From an uncultured archaeon (GTDB lineage: Archaea > Asgardarchaeota > Lokiarchaeia > Sigyniarchaeales > SOKP01): 64,000 nucleotides of DNA. The stretch spans positions 744,242 to 808,241 of the forward strand of contig CAZALK010000001.1 of assembly GCA_964486045.1 (NCBI GenBank), written 5' to 3'. Numbering within the stretch: position 1 is the first letter of the stretch; each line of letters begins with the position of its first letter. Below, one piece after another: positions 39,320 to 49,600 of this stretch. Position numbers and translations under genes: made by a program. The notes under the pieces were generated by a model. It saw nothing but the letters and a program-made list of their open reading frames with translations. It was not told where the DNA came from and did not search any database.

Positions 39320-40513
39320 TTAAGACTTATTCAAATTAGGGATATATTTCTCATTTGAAAGCTCTATTAAAGAATTTGTATAATCAATTATTTTCTTCGC
39401 GATTTCTGGATTTTTGAGCATTTGTACTTCAACTTTTTCGCCCCTATCCCATAATAAATATGGAGTATCTTCAAAAGGTACTTGCTCTTTAACTTCCTTT
39501 ATCCAACTATCAGGTAATTCATTAGATAATTCTACATCAAGCATTTTCGCTAAAAAAATAGACCATGCTCTTGGTACGACAGTCATTAAATAACCTCCTC
39601 CTCCCATCGCCAACCATTTATTTTGACAATAATCACGTGAGGATGTTTTCAATGTTTGGGCTATATCTTTATAGACTGATAGTGAAAAACCCATCTCTGT
39701 TAAAGGATCATCAAAATAAGTATCTACTCCTAATTGTGTTATCAATATATCTGGTTTATATGTTTGCAATATTTTAGGTGTCGTCTTCCTAAAAAGTTTT
39801 ATGAATGTCTTATTATTTGTACCGGGTACTAAAGGAAAATTGATCGAATAGTCTTTACCCTTGCCCTCCCCTACCTCATTAATGAATCCCGTTCCTGGAA
39901 AAAGAGACCTCCCATCTTGATGATAAGATATTGTCAAAACATTAGGATCATCATAAAAAAGCCACTGAACACCATCACCGTGATGACAATCAATATCAAC
40001 ATAAGCAATTTTCATGTCTTCTTTTAGAGTTTTCAAATGGTGGATTGCTACAGCAATATCGTTAAAAATGCAAAACCCTGAAGCTTTTTCTTTACCAGCA
40101 TGGTGAAGACCTCCCACGATATTAAAAGCAACCTTAAAATCCTCATTATTCCATATTTTATCCGCAGCAACAATACTTCCCCCACACGCCATTGCAGCTG
40201 CTTCATACATTCCTTTAAATGGGGGGTTATCTCCCGGTCCTAAACCATAACTATAAGGATCTTTTGTTCTATCTTCCGGATTATTACTTAAATCTTTCAC
40301 GATATCTATATATTTGGGTGAGTGAACTCTTTCTAATTCTTTACGGGTCGCTTCTCGAGGTTTTAAGAGTTCAAGTCTATCATTTTCTAATAGTCTTAAA
40401 TCTTTCATAAGGTCATAAGTTAATTTAAACCTAAGAGGTTTAAAAGGATGGTCTCTTCCGAAATCGTATTTTTGATAATTTTCTGTGTAAATTAATCCAA
40501 CTTTGTCCACCAT
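39320..40513 (-). CDS. Histone deacetylase-family / AcuC-like deacetylase
   Basis: HPFKPLR, GGLHHA, SGFCIFND, YVDIDCHHGDGVQ, FPGTG and GGGGY. Confidence 0.95.
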   Translation of the reverse strand: MVDKVGLIYTENYQKYDFGRDHPFKPLRFKLTYDLMKDLRLLENDRLELLKPREATRKELERVHSPKYIDIVKDLSNNPEDRTKDPYSYGLGPGDNPPFKGMYEAAAMACGGSIVAADKIWNNEDFKVAFNIVGGLHHAGKEKASGFCIFNDIAVAIHHLKTLKEDMKIAYVDIDCHHGDGVQWLFYDDPNVLTISYHQDGRSLFPGTGFINEVGEGKGKDYSINFPLVPGTNNKTFIKLFRKTTPKILQTYKPDILITQLGVDTYFDDPLTEMGFSLSVYKDIAQTLKTSSRDYCQNKWLAMGGGGYLMTVVPRAWSIFLAKMLDVELSNELPDSWIKEVKEQVPFEDTPYLLWDRGEKVEVQMLKNPEIAKKIIDYTNSLIELSNEKYIPNLNKS

Positions 40514-40711
40514 TAATGTGACTAAATTTAAAATTAGTAATAATTTTTTTCAAATATAATTTCTACTCAAATATCTGAAATTCATTAGTATAATTGATAA
40601 AGCATAGAAAAAAACAGTATTATATAAGAGAAATTGTATTATCAAAATATCATAGGAAAAAATAAATATCTATAAATAGAATTCATATAAAATTAGTTTC
40701 TGTATTTTCAC

Positions 40712-41266
40712 ATGAGTATTTCATTTCGAAAGTTCATAACTCGAGTAGGTCAGCAATCAGAATTTAAACCACTTAAGAATCAATTATTAAATTATTTAAA
40801 ATTAGAAAGTGAAAATAAGTACAAAAACTACCCAAGATTACTTAACCTAATGAAAGGTTATTGGCCGAAATATAAAGATAGATCACGGATATCCCATCTT
40901 TTAAAAGATCATTATGAAGAAATCTTTTCCTTCTATTTGAATTCATTCTTTCAATTTCGAAAACGAGGTCTTTCATATGAAGATCCAGAAGCACCTACAC
41001 CTGTCGACTTTAAACTAATTTTCAAATATCATTATAACTTTAATGAAATTAGAGTAATTAAGGAAGTAATGAAGGAATTAAATATTCAAGGCACCTCAGA
41101 GTCTATTCTAAAACGAATTTTTATATTCGCTATAAGTTCCTTTAGCTACATGGTGGAACAAATTTTTGGAAGACCTTTTGCTTTTCAATTTTTCGATATA
41201 TCGTCTAATCCTCTTCCCAATGATGAATGTGAGGTAGTAGCGATAATCTCAGGGAGAGAACAATAA
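40712..41266 (+). CDS. Hypothetical protein
   Basis: 184-aa ORF with ATG start. Confidence 0.65.
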   Translation: MSISFRKFITRVGQQSEFKPLKNQLLNYLKLESENKYKNYPRLLNLMKGYWPKYKDRSRISHLLKDHYEEIFSFYLNSFFQFRKRGLSYEDPEAPTPVDFKLIFKYHYNFNEIRVIKEVMKELNIQGTSESILKRIFIFAISSFSYMVEQIFGRPFAFQFFDISSNPLPNDECEVVAIISGREQ

Positions 41267-41302
41267 CATCTTCAGTCTACGGATTATTAAATCTTCTGGA
41301 TT

Positions 41303-41734
41303 CTATTTTTCTTTTGTTAAAAATGAGCCTAAATCCATGAGATCATCCCCACGTTTAACTTGGATTTTACTTCTTATTCCCTTCGCTTTACGCTCTAAAA
41401 GTATAACGACATCAAGAGGGATTTTTCTTGGAACTCCACCTTGTTGTCGTAAAATTGCTAATAAATAATCTATGTTTTGTATTACGTCAGCACTTATTAG
41501 CTCATTATAAATAGATTGATAGACAGTTGGTTCCTTAATCCTTATATTACTCAGATAGCTGTATGCTTCTGGGGCTAATACTATCTTTAAGACATATTCA
41601 AGTTTATCCGAAATTGAAACATTTCTCTCTTTGGCGGCTTCTTGGCGCTTTTTAACCTCCATAGCAGCCTTCATTTTCCTCCTACGGATTTTTTCCAACT
41701 CGTGCTGTTCATAATCTTTATTGTCTTGATTCAT
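41303..41734 (-). CDS. PDCD5-like double-stranded DNA-binding protein
   Basis: ELEKIRRRKM...LKIVLAPEAYSYLSNIRIKEP pattern. Confidence 0.7.
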   Translation of the reverse strand: MNQDNKDYEQHELEKIRRRKMKAAMEVKKRQEAAKERNVSISDKLEYVLKIVLAPEAYSYLSNIRIKEPTVYQSIYNELISADVIQNIDYLLAILRQQGGVPRKIPLDVVILLERKAKGIRSKIQVKRGDDLMDLGSFLTKEK

Positions 41735-41944
41735 TTTATTAATTTTCTCCGTAAGTTTTTATCTTTGATAGTTTTCTATTATTCTAGAAGCTGTAATTTG
41801 TTAGTTCTTAGTAAAAATAAAACCTTGTTAGATAAAAAATGATAGGTAAAATAATAATTTTTTGAAGAAAAAAATTCCCCTAACAAAAAAATATTGGGTT
41901 ATTCTCCTTTTTCTCGTGATTTTAAAATATAAAATATGTTAATA

Positions 41945-42099
41945 TGGTCCCTCCCCCCGGATTCTTGCTGGATCCGATTCAGATCCATATTTCGAGCCGG
42001 GGACCGCTCGGTTTCGGCTGACGTAACCTCATTAGCTATAAGCTTTAGTACGCGATATTATCTACAGCCGAGCACTCTAAACCACTGAGTTAGGGAGGG
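41945..42099 (-). tRNA. trnY: tRNA-Tyr(GTA) with two introns: 42013-42061 (37/38) and 41962-41990 (59/60); CCA encoded
   Basis: Spliced CCCTCCC TA ACTC AGTGGTTTA GAGT G CTCGG CT-GTA-GA CCGAG CGGTC CCCGG CTCGAAT CCGGG GGGAGGG A CCA; C1-G72 and A73 match archaeal/eukaryal Tyr identity. Confidence 0.92.
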
Positions 42100-42396
42100 A
42101 GTATAATTTAAAATTAAATAGTATTGTAATTAATATATTTTTTATGGTTTTCTATTCTTTTAGAGAGGAATAATAACAAAAATATGTTTTCACTTTTTTT
42201 TGTACTCACAAAATTCCACTTTTAGTTTAGAAAACTATTAAATTTGTTAACTTTATAAGATTATTAATCAAAAAATTTTCCAATAAAAAGTACTAAAATA
42301 CTTTTGTTGTGAAAAATTTTAATACTTTAATAAATAGTTATTTAAAATTAAACTAATATTACTAAAACAATTTAAAAGGCTAAATTTTATCTTAAG

Positions 42397-42915
42397 GTGA
42401 GAACTATCAGAGAAGAAACAGATTATACTGAAGCGATCGAGACCTATAAAAACGAGCCGTTTATTATTTTAGAACCATGGGGTAGGAGTATTGACCATTT
42501 ACGCCTAACAATCATAGGAAAAAAAGGAACTCCCTATGGAGGAGGAAAATTTGTATTTGAAATTAAATTTCCAGAAAATTATCCATTCGCACCCCCTTAC
42601 GCTTATGCTGTTACTTTAATGTGGCATCCAAATATAGACTCCTCAATTCCTCCTGGAAAGCTTAATATATGCTTGGATCTTATTAATCCGGATTTAGTTG
42701 GGAAGGTAGATGCAAGTACCGGAGCTTCAGGGTGGACTCCGAGTAAAACATTAACAAATATAATAGAAGCTTTAAAAGGTATGATGCACTATGAAGCTCC
42801 CTTCTTTAATCCAGGAGATCCACTAAACCATGAGGCTGGAGAACAGTATTTTCGAGCTTTAAAGAAGTTCGAATCTAAGGCTGCGGCATGGTGTAAGAAG
42901 TATGCAATGGACTAA
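42397..42915 (+). CDS. Ubiquitin-conjugating enzyme E2 (UBC fold)
   Basis: GTPYGGGKF, FPENYPFAPP, WHPNI, catalytic ICLDLI, WTPS and DPLNHEA. Confidence 0.95.
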   Translation: MRTIREETDYTEAIETYKNEPFIILEPWGRSIDHLRLTIIGKKGTPYGGGKFVFEIKFPENYPFAPPYAYAVTLMWHPNIDSSIPPGKLNICLDLINPDLVGKVDASTGASGWTPSKTLTNIIEALKGMMHYEAPFFNPGDPLNHEAGEQYFRALKKFESKAAAWCKKYAMD

Positions 42916-43054
42916 AAAGAGGCTGTTGTAAACAACCGAAACACGTATCTGAGCAATCTATCTAATAAACCAATATTTTAATCTATTTATTTTCTTAAAA
43001 AGTTTTTAGGAATTGAAATATATGCCACAACATGAAGGAAACCATTCAATGATT

Positions 43055-43088
43055 ATTTTCTATTTTTATTTTCTATTTTTATTTTCTA
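43055..43088. repeat. Short tandem repeat, 2.6 x ATTTTCTATTTTT
   Basis: Direct 13-nt repeat in an AT-rich intergenic region. Confidence 0.6.
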
Positions 43089-43414
43089 AGTAAATAATTA
43101 ATTGATTCAAGAACTTACATTTCCCTCTCTTTAATAGAGTGTTTGGGAATATATTTATTATTTTTTATATTATTTTTTTTATAAAACTTTGACTGATTAC
43201 TTTTAGGAACTTTTTCTTTTTTCTGCTCTTTGCCTGATCCGGTTGACCTAAGCCTTTTCCCTTTATTTTTCCTCTGATAATTAGCGTTTTCTTCTATTAA
43301 GCTGGAAATAACTTCTACTATCTTATCAATTGTGGCGTTTTTTCAACCTGGATTTGTTTTATAACATAAATCTTTTTAAAAATAATTTGATTCTACAAAA
43401 TATCAGATTTAAAA

Positions 43415-44296
43415 GTGAAATTATTGCTCAAAAAATCAAAGGGATTAAAAGCTAATTATATCGATTTAAATAAATTTGATATATCTTTATTCAAAGGAGT
43501 TTTAGCAGAAAAAGCATCAAAAATAATACCAAAGATGTTTGCAGGTATTCAAAAAGCCCGAAGAGATTACAAAGAAGAATTGAAAAGCCCTCTATCAGAG
43601 AATCAAAAAGCACACCCGGAGTTGTGGGATGAAATTGTTGAAAAGTCTCAATCTTTTGGAATAGATCTTATTGGTTTTACCCCCATTGATGAAAATTTAA
43701 TCTTCGAAAAAGATTATGTAGGAGGAATTGAATTATTATACAAAAACGGAATTGTATTAGGAATGGAAATGGATTATGATGCAATCAACACTGCTCCCGA
43801 TCCCCCTGCTGGTTTAGAATCTCTTAGGATTTATGCTGAATTAGGAGATGCTACGAACAAATTAGCAGATTTTATAAGATCTAAAGGCTTTAGAGCTATT
43901 GCTTGTCATCCATTAGGTGGGCCCATTCTTTATCCTGCTATGGCAGTTAAAGCAAATATAGGGAGAATAGGAAGACAAGGGCTCTTAATCACTAAAAAAT
44001 TTGGTCCTAGACAAAGATTATCCTTGATTTCAGTAAATGCTTGGCCACTTCCGGAGAATCAAGATGACACATTTGAAATTTCGGAGTATTGCGCGAAATG
44101 TAGACGATGCATTAATTTTTGTCCTGTAAAAGCTATTATGGAAGAACCAGTTGTAAATGATGATGGAACAATAACTCGTATCAATAGTGACAAATGTTTT
44201 GAGTATTTTTACGAAACTACTGGATGTTCAGTATGCATAGAAAAATGTCCATTTCATAAAACTGGGTATCAAGTAATGTATTATAGGCGATTATAA
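43415..44296 (+). CDS. Epoxyqueuosine reductase / reductive dehalogenase-like 4Fe-4S protein
   Basis: AVKANIGRIGRQGLLITKKFGPRQRL, CAKCRRCINFCP and CSVCIEKCPF. Confidence 0.85.
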   Translation: MKLLLKKSKGLKANYIDLNKFDISLFKGVLAEKASKIIPKMFAGIQKARRDYKEELKSPLSENQKAHPELWDEIVEKSQSFGIDLIGFTPIDENLIFEKDYVGGIELLYKNGIVLGMEMDYDAINTAPDPPAGLESLRIYAELGDATNKLADFIRSKGFRAIACHPLGGPILYPAMAVKANIGRIGRQGLLITKKFGPRQRLSLISVNAWPLPENQDDTFEISEYCAKCRRCINFCPVKAIMEEPVVNDDGTITRINSDKCFEYFYETTGCSVCIEKCPFHKTGYQVMYYRRL

Positions 44297-44326
44297 ATAA
44301 ACATTATAATTTAAGATAAAAGAATC

Positions 44327-44944
44327 ATGAAGAGCGTATCATTTAAAGGCAAAAAAGTTATTGTTTTTGATCTGGATGGTACAATTGTAAGATTGTCTGT
44401 AGAATGGGTATCTTTAAAGAACAAATTAATGAACGATTATTCAAAAATATATGACGAAAGTTGCTTCTTTAAGAGTGTCTCTGCTTGTTTAAATAAAGTC
44501 GTGGAAAGAAGTGATAATCATGTTTTAGAGTCTTTTTTTAAGATTATTCGTAAATATGAAATAGAGAAGATACAAGAAACTCAGCTTATAGAAGAATCTG
44601 TTTTTTTTATTAAAAATAAAGAGTTATTTGGGGTAAAGGAAAATACTAAATTGACTATCTTATCTCTTAATGCAAGAAGAACAATAATTTCTTCTTTAAA
44701 ACTGGCAAAAATACGTAGTAAATTTGATTTTATTATAGGAAGAGAAGATGTAAGAAAGTGGAAACCAAACCCAGAGGGACTTTTAAAAATTCAAAATCAT
44801 TATAAAGTAAGGAAGGGAGAAATGATATACTTCGGAGATTTAAGGAAAGACATTTTAACAGGGGAAAACGCAAGGATCGATACCTTTCTTATAAACGATT
44901 TAATAAGTTTAGTAAGTAAAAAAAGCGATTTCAAGAATAATTGA
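44327..44944 (+). CDS. HAD-superfamily hydrolase (phosphoglycolate phosphatase-like)
   Basis: VFDLDGTI, KPNPEG and FGDLRKD. Confidence 0.9.
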   Translation: MKSVSFKGKKVIVFDLDGTIVRLSVEWVSLKNKLMNDYSKIYDESCFFKSVSACLNKVVERSDNHVLESFFKIIRKYEIEKIQETQLIEESVFFIKNKELFGVKENTKLTILSLNARRTIISSLKLAKIRSKFDFIIGREDVRKWKPNPEGLLKIQNHYKVRKGEMIYFGDLRKDILTGENARIDTFLINDLISLVSKKSDFKNN

Positions 44945-44947
44945 AAA

Positions 44948-46531
44948 TCACATAAATGCTATTACAACATTATATTTTTTAATTTCTGATTCTGCTAAAG
45001 CTTTACCTAAAGGACTTAAAGTTATAATATCGTTGCTCTTTATTTTTAAGGAGGTTAGTTTGATATTGGGGTCTTTTAATGAAGGCATATAAGGATTCCA
45101 ATAAATTTCTTTAGTCATGGAGTTAGTTATCATCCATAATTCAGGATCTAACTTGTGTTCTGAAATTTCCATTGCTTTAAAAATGTAATCGACATCTGCA
45201 TCAAAAGGCACAACAATTTGAACATTTTCTTCACCTTCAATTTCCCCACAAGCAAGACAGTCATCTCTTTTTAGAATATGTAGGTGATCAAATTGGCCAT
45301 AGATCCCATTGTAATTGACATATGGAGGTTCCATGGGTGCACCAATATTTCGACCATTGACTCTGAATAGAAGTTTAAGTGCCTCTTGGGATTCAATACT
45401 AGAGATAATAGAACTAACTGTTTGGATTGCTGGTATTTTATTTCCGAGGATATTCTCCATTTCTTCAAATTTGTAATCAGGACCGAATGTTTCATTGATG
45501 TTTGCCTTCCAATCTGCAGTCTCTTTTTCAGTTAGGGATAGTCGTTCTTCTTCTGCTACATTTTCATTGAATACTCGTTCCCGTAGTTTTTCCAATTCTC
45601 CTTGGGCAATTTCTTTTAATTTAAGCACTTCATCGTTTAGATTGAGATCTGGTTTATGTCCATATTTTTTTTCGAATTCAACCTCCGCTTTTATAACACA
45701 GTGATTTCGATTGCGCGGTAGTCCTTTTAAAGTACATGCAGCAACTAATTTATCGTCAGCAGGGGGTATAGGTACTAAACACCTATAACATGGAGTTTGA
45801 TCTAAAATCTCAGGAGCGTACTTCCAGTCAAACACCATCTCAATTTCTTTCCTAAACTTTTCTATTAAAGGATTTATTTCCCTTTCCTTGATTCGTCCAA
45901 TTTCTTCTTCTAATTCATCAATTCTTCTTTGAGCTTTAAAATATTCAGGATATTCCATTTCTGTAATGTCCCATAATCTTGTTTCAACTAAATTCTTGAT
46001 TTCCCTTTCCCTATTTTTATATTCTATCTTGGAATCTTTAGGAATTACAACTTGAACATGCCCTTCAAAGCCTACAGTTCCCCCCTCTACCATTGGTTTT
46101 TTCATTCTAAGACAGATTTTGTTCAAGTCTAGTCTTGCATTAAAATTATCTAAAGCTGCAATTACCACATCTGATTCTTCATAAGCGGACATTGGTAATT
46201 TTTGAAGTTTTTCAAAATAAAAATCAATCTTTACGTATGGATTCATTTCTTTCAATCGTTCAGCTGCAACTTCTGCTTTCGGTCGTCCTTCATCTCCAGG
46301 TCTGAAGAGCATTTGCCGTGATAAATTTGAAGTCTCTATTGTGTCTAAATCGATCAAAATAAGCTTACCAATACCCATCAGTGTGAAGTCCTTAGCAATT
46401 TCGCATCCCAACGCTCCGATTCCTACAATCATAATGCAGCCATTTGAGATAACTTCTTGATCCCAACCATCGATGAGTTGTTGTCTTGCATACATTCGTG
46501 ACTTAACAATATCTTCAATCTTTTCTGTCAT
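44948..46531 (-). CDS. Ubiquitin-activating enzyme E1 (eukaryote-like UBA/ThiF family)
   Basis: YARQ, VGIGALGCE, DLDTIETSNLSRQMLF, ALDNFNAR, CYRC/CLAC zinc site, catalytic ACTLKGLPR..HC and IPAIQT. Confidence 0.93.
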   Translation of the reverse strand: MTEKIEDIVKSRMYARQQLIDGWDQEVISNGCIMIVGIGALGCEIAKDFTLMGIGKLILIDLDTIETSNLSRQMLFRPGDEGRPKAEVAAERLKEMNPYVKIDFYFEKLQKLPMSAYEESDVVIAALDNFNARLDLNKICLRMKKPMVEGGTVGFEGHVQVVIPKDSKIEYKNREREIKNLVETRLWDITEMEYPEYFKAQRRIDELEEEIGRIKEREINPLIEKFRKEIEMVFDWKYAPEILDQTPCYRCLVPIPPADDKLVAACTLKGLPRNRNHCVIKAEVEFEKKYGHKPDLNLNDEVLKLKEIAQGELEKLRERVFNENVAEEERLSLTEKETADWKANINETFGPDYKFEEMENILGNKIPAIQTVSSIISSIESQEALKLLFRVNGRNIGAPMEPPYVNYNGIYGQFDHLHILKRDDCLACGEIEGEENVQIVVPFDADVDYIFKAMEISEHKLDPELWMITNSMTKEIYWNPYMPSLKDPNIKLTSLKIKSNDIITLSPLGKALAESEIKKYNVVIAFM

Positions 46532-46653
46532 TCAAAAAATCCTCAATTTTTTTAGATATACTAATAATTTAATTATCAAAATTTAAACTCTTTTAGATGA
46601 AATTAAAAGGGTGATTACTTCTAAAATAGTTAACTACTTTAGGAATAAGTGAA

Positions 46654-49600
46654 TTATTTTTTTTTTTTTTCCCCCGCCTCTTTAATCAATCTTTTTAAGT
46701 TATTTACTTCTTCTCTCTCTTTAGACTTTTGTAATTTTTCTTTAAATCCTGCTTCATCTTCCTCTCTTTTTCCTAATTCATGAATGAGTTCTTCTTTAAT
46801 TTTTATTAACTCCCCTACTTTTATACGAAAATCCTTAGATTCCTCTAAAATCTTTATTTTTTCTTGTTCTTCAATTAATTTTTTATTTAATCTCCTTTCT
46901 TCAATCAGTCTAGTTATTTCATCAGCAGATTGACGAACCTCACCAATAGTTCCTTTTAACTTTAGTTCTTCAGTTTTAATTCTATCTTCTTCTCTTTTTC
47001 TTTGTCGTTCTAATTGTTCTTGAATCTCATTGATCCTAATTTCTTCAGCTTTAACTCTTTCTTCCATTACTTTCATATTTTTAATCTCTGTTTCTATGTA
47101 TTTTATTTCTTCATGCCAGCCTATTTCTTCAAATTTTAGTATAGCTTGATCATAATTATCGTTGGCTTTTTTAAAATCATGATACGCTGCTTTTTTTTTT
47201 CCTTCATCAATTAATCTTAAACCTTCATCTTTTGTTTGATCTGAACGTCGCTTAGTTAACAGTAATGCTCTATATTGCCTTTCCTGCTCTCGTTTTAACT
47301 TTTCTTGTTCCAATCTTCTTAATCTGACTTCTTCCTGAAATATCTCATATTCCTTTTGTCTTTCTATTTGCGCAACTTCCTCTAATTGTTTCTTTTCATA
47401 ATAATTAGTTTGTTCTTGTTGTAAATCTCTTATTAGTGCATTCAAATTATTAATCTCGGGTTCCCATCCAATATTTTCTTCTAAAATATTCCTAGCTAGA
47501 ATATATAATGAAATTGCTTTGTCATAGTCAGGGATAGATTGTTTTAAATATTTTCCTGCTTCTTCTAAGAAGGAATAAGCTGATTCTCTTATATTCATTT
47601 GTTTCTGAATAACTTTTTCTCTTTCTTGAACAACTAACAGATGAGCTTTTTTCTTTTCCCTTTCTAGTCTTTGTCTTTCTTCAATTAATAACTGTAAGTC
47701 CTTTTCTTCTTGTATCTTTTCTAATTCTCTCTGAAATTTTAATTCTTCAGTCTTTTCTTTTTCCTTCATAATTAGTTTAACTTTAGTCACCATAGTATTA
47801 ATCGAATCGGTAGGAAAATTGATTTCATTTAAAATAAGCTCTGCCTTTCTATACATTTCGATTGCATGTTGATATTGGGTTTGTTTAAGATGAGATTCCG
47901 CTTTATTTAAAATTTTAAACGCTTGTTGTTTTCTCTCTTCCATCATTGACTTTCTTCGATCACTTTCTTCTAATTGTATTTTTTTTGCTAGTAATCGTTC
48001 TCTTTCAACCTTTGCTATTTCGGTAACCTTTTGCTGTAATTTCCATTCATCTTTATCCTTCTGTAGATAAAATTCAAAGGTTTTTTGTTTTTGCAGTTGA
48101 GATTCATTTTTTCTTTCTAGAACCTTTTGAATCATTTCTCTAATACCCTCAGTTGGGAATCTAATCTCGTTAAGGATTATTTCTGCTGAATAATAATATT
48201 TTAAAGCTTTATCATATTGAGCTTGATTCAAGTAATTTTCAGCAACTTCAAGAAAGTTAAAAGCCTCATTTCTTCTTTTTTCGTTATACTGATGTCTTTC
48301 CCTCTGCTTTTCGTATTCAATTTGTTTAGTTTTTGTCTTTAACTCACTAATTTTTATACCTTCCCGGATTTTTTGCTGGAACTCTCCTTCTTCGCGTTTT
48401 TTTTGAAGTAAAATCTCCAAGTGCTTTTGCTTTCTTAATTTATTTTCTCTATTTCTATCATGAACCTTGTAAATCATTTCTTTAACTGCTCCTGAAGGGA
48501 ATCCTATTTCACTTAAAAATAATTCTGCTTGGCGATATTTATCAATTGCCTCTTCATATTGACCTTTAATTAAATCCTTTTCAGCATCGTCCATTAAACT
48601 AAATGCCTTTGTTTTTTGGTGTTCTAACAAATTTGACAAATCTTCACGTTTTAGAATTTCAATTTGTTGTTTTCGTAATCTTTCTTTTTCTCTTTGAATA
48701 TTACGATTGATACTTGCTTGGAATTTCTCCTCTTCCTTTTGCTGCTCACTTAATAAGTGTTGTTCCCTTTCTTTCTTCTTTTCTATCTCTCTTTTTCGAT
48801 CATTAATAATATCTATAGTTTCATAGAATAATTTCAAATATTCTCCAGTCCACCCAATTTCTGTTAATATTACTATAGAATTATTGTATTTTGTCAAAGC
48901 GTTATCAAAATTATTATCTTTAAGCAATCTATCTCCATCTTCAATTAGTTTAAATGCTTCCTCTTGTTTAATTAAATTTTGGGTTGAAGTAAGTTTTTTT
49001 CTTTCTCTAAATTGTACCTCCTTTATTGCTATTTCTTTTTCTCGTTGTTGTTGTTGATCTATTTTTTCTAAGAAATCAAATCGAGCTTTATCATCTTCTA
49101 TTGCCTTTTCTAACGATCTCTGTTTCAATAAATCGTTTTCCCTTTTCTTGCTTTGAATACCTAGAATTGTTTCCTGAATGATAGGGATTTCATCAATCCA
49201 TTGGATTTGAGCAAAAATATTTGTTACCTCAAAATAAATTTCCAACGCCTTATCATAATTCGTCTGTGAGAGAAAAATTTGAGCATCATCTAATAATTTA
49301 AAGGCATATTCTTTTTGTTTCTCACGATAAGCAAGTTCTTTCTCTCGGTTCCTTAGAACAATTTGTTTATGCTTTAAATCTTCTTGCTGGATCCTTATCT
49401 CTTTTGAAATTTGTTCCTGAAAAGATTTTTCCAACTTTTCTTGTTCTAAAACTTCACTTAAATCTCTCTGCTTTTTTAATTCTGCCTTCCGCTTCCTTTC
49501 TTCAATTACATTTATGGCGTTTTCGATTAACTTTATTTCATCACCCCATTCAATTTCTTCAAAAAGTACTGTGGCATTTTGATATAGCTTTAGTACCTCG

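Noticed and set aside
43180-43370. Minus-strand frame with an in-frame TGA (CYKTNPG*KNATIDKIVEV...) as a possible selenoprotein
   Set aside because: No start codon, no redox motif and no SECIS; more likely a gene remnant.
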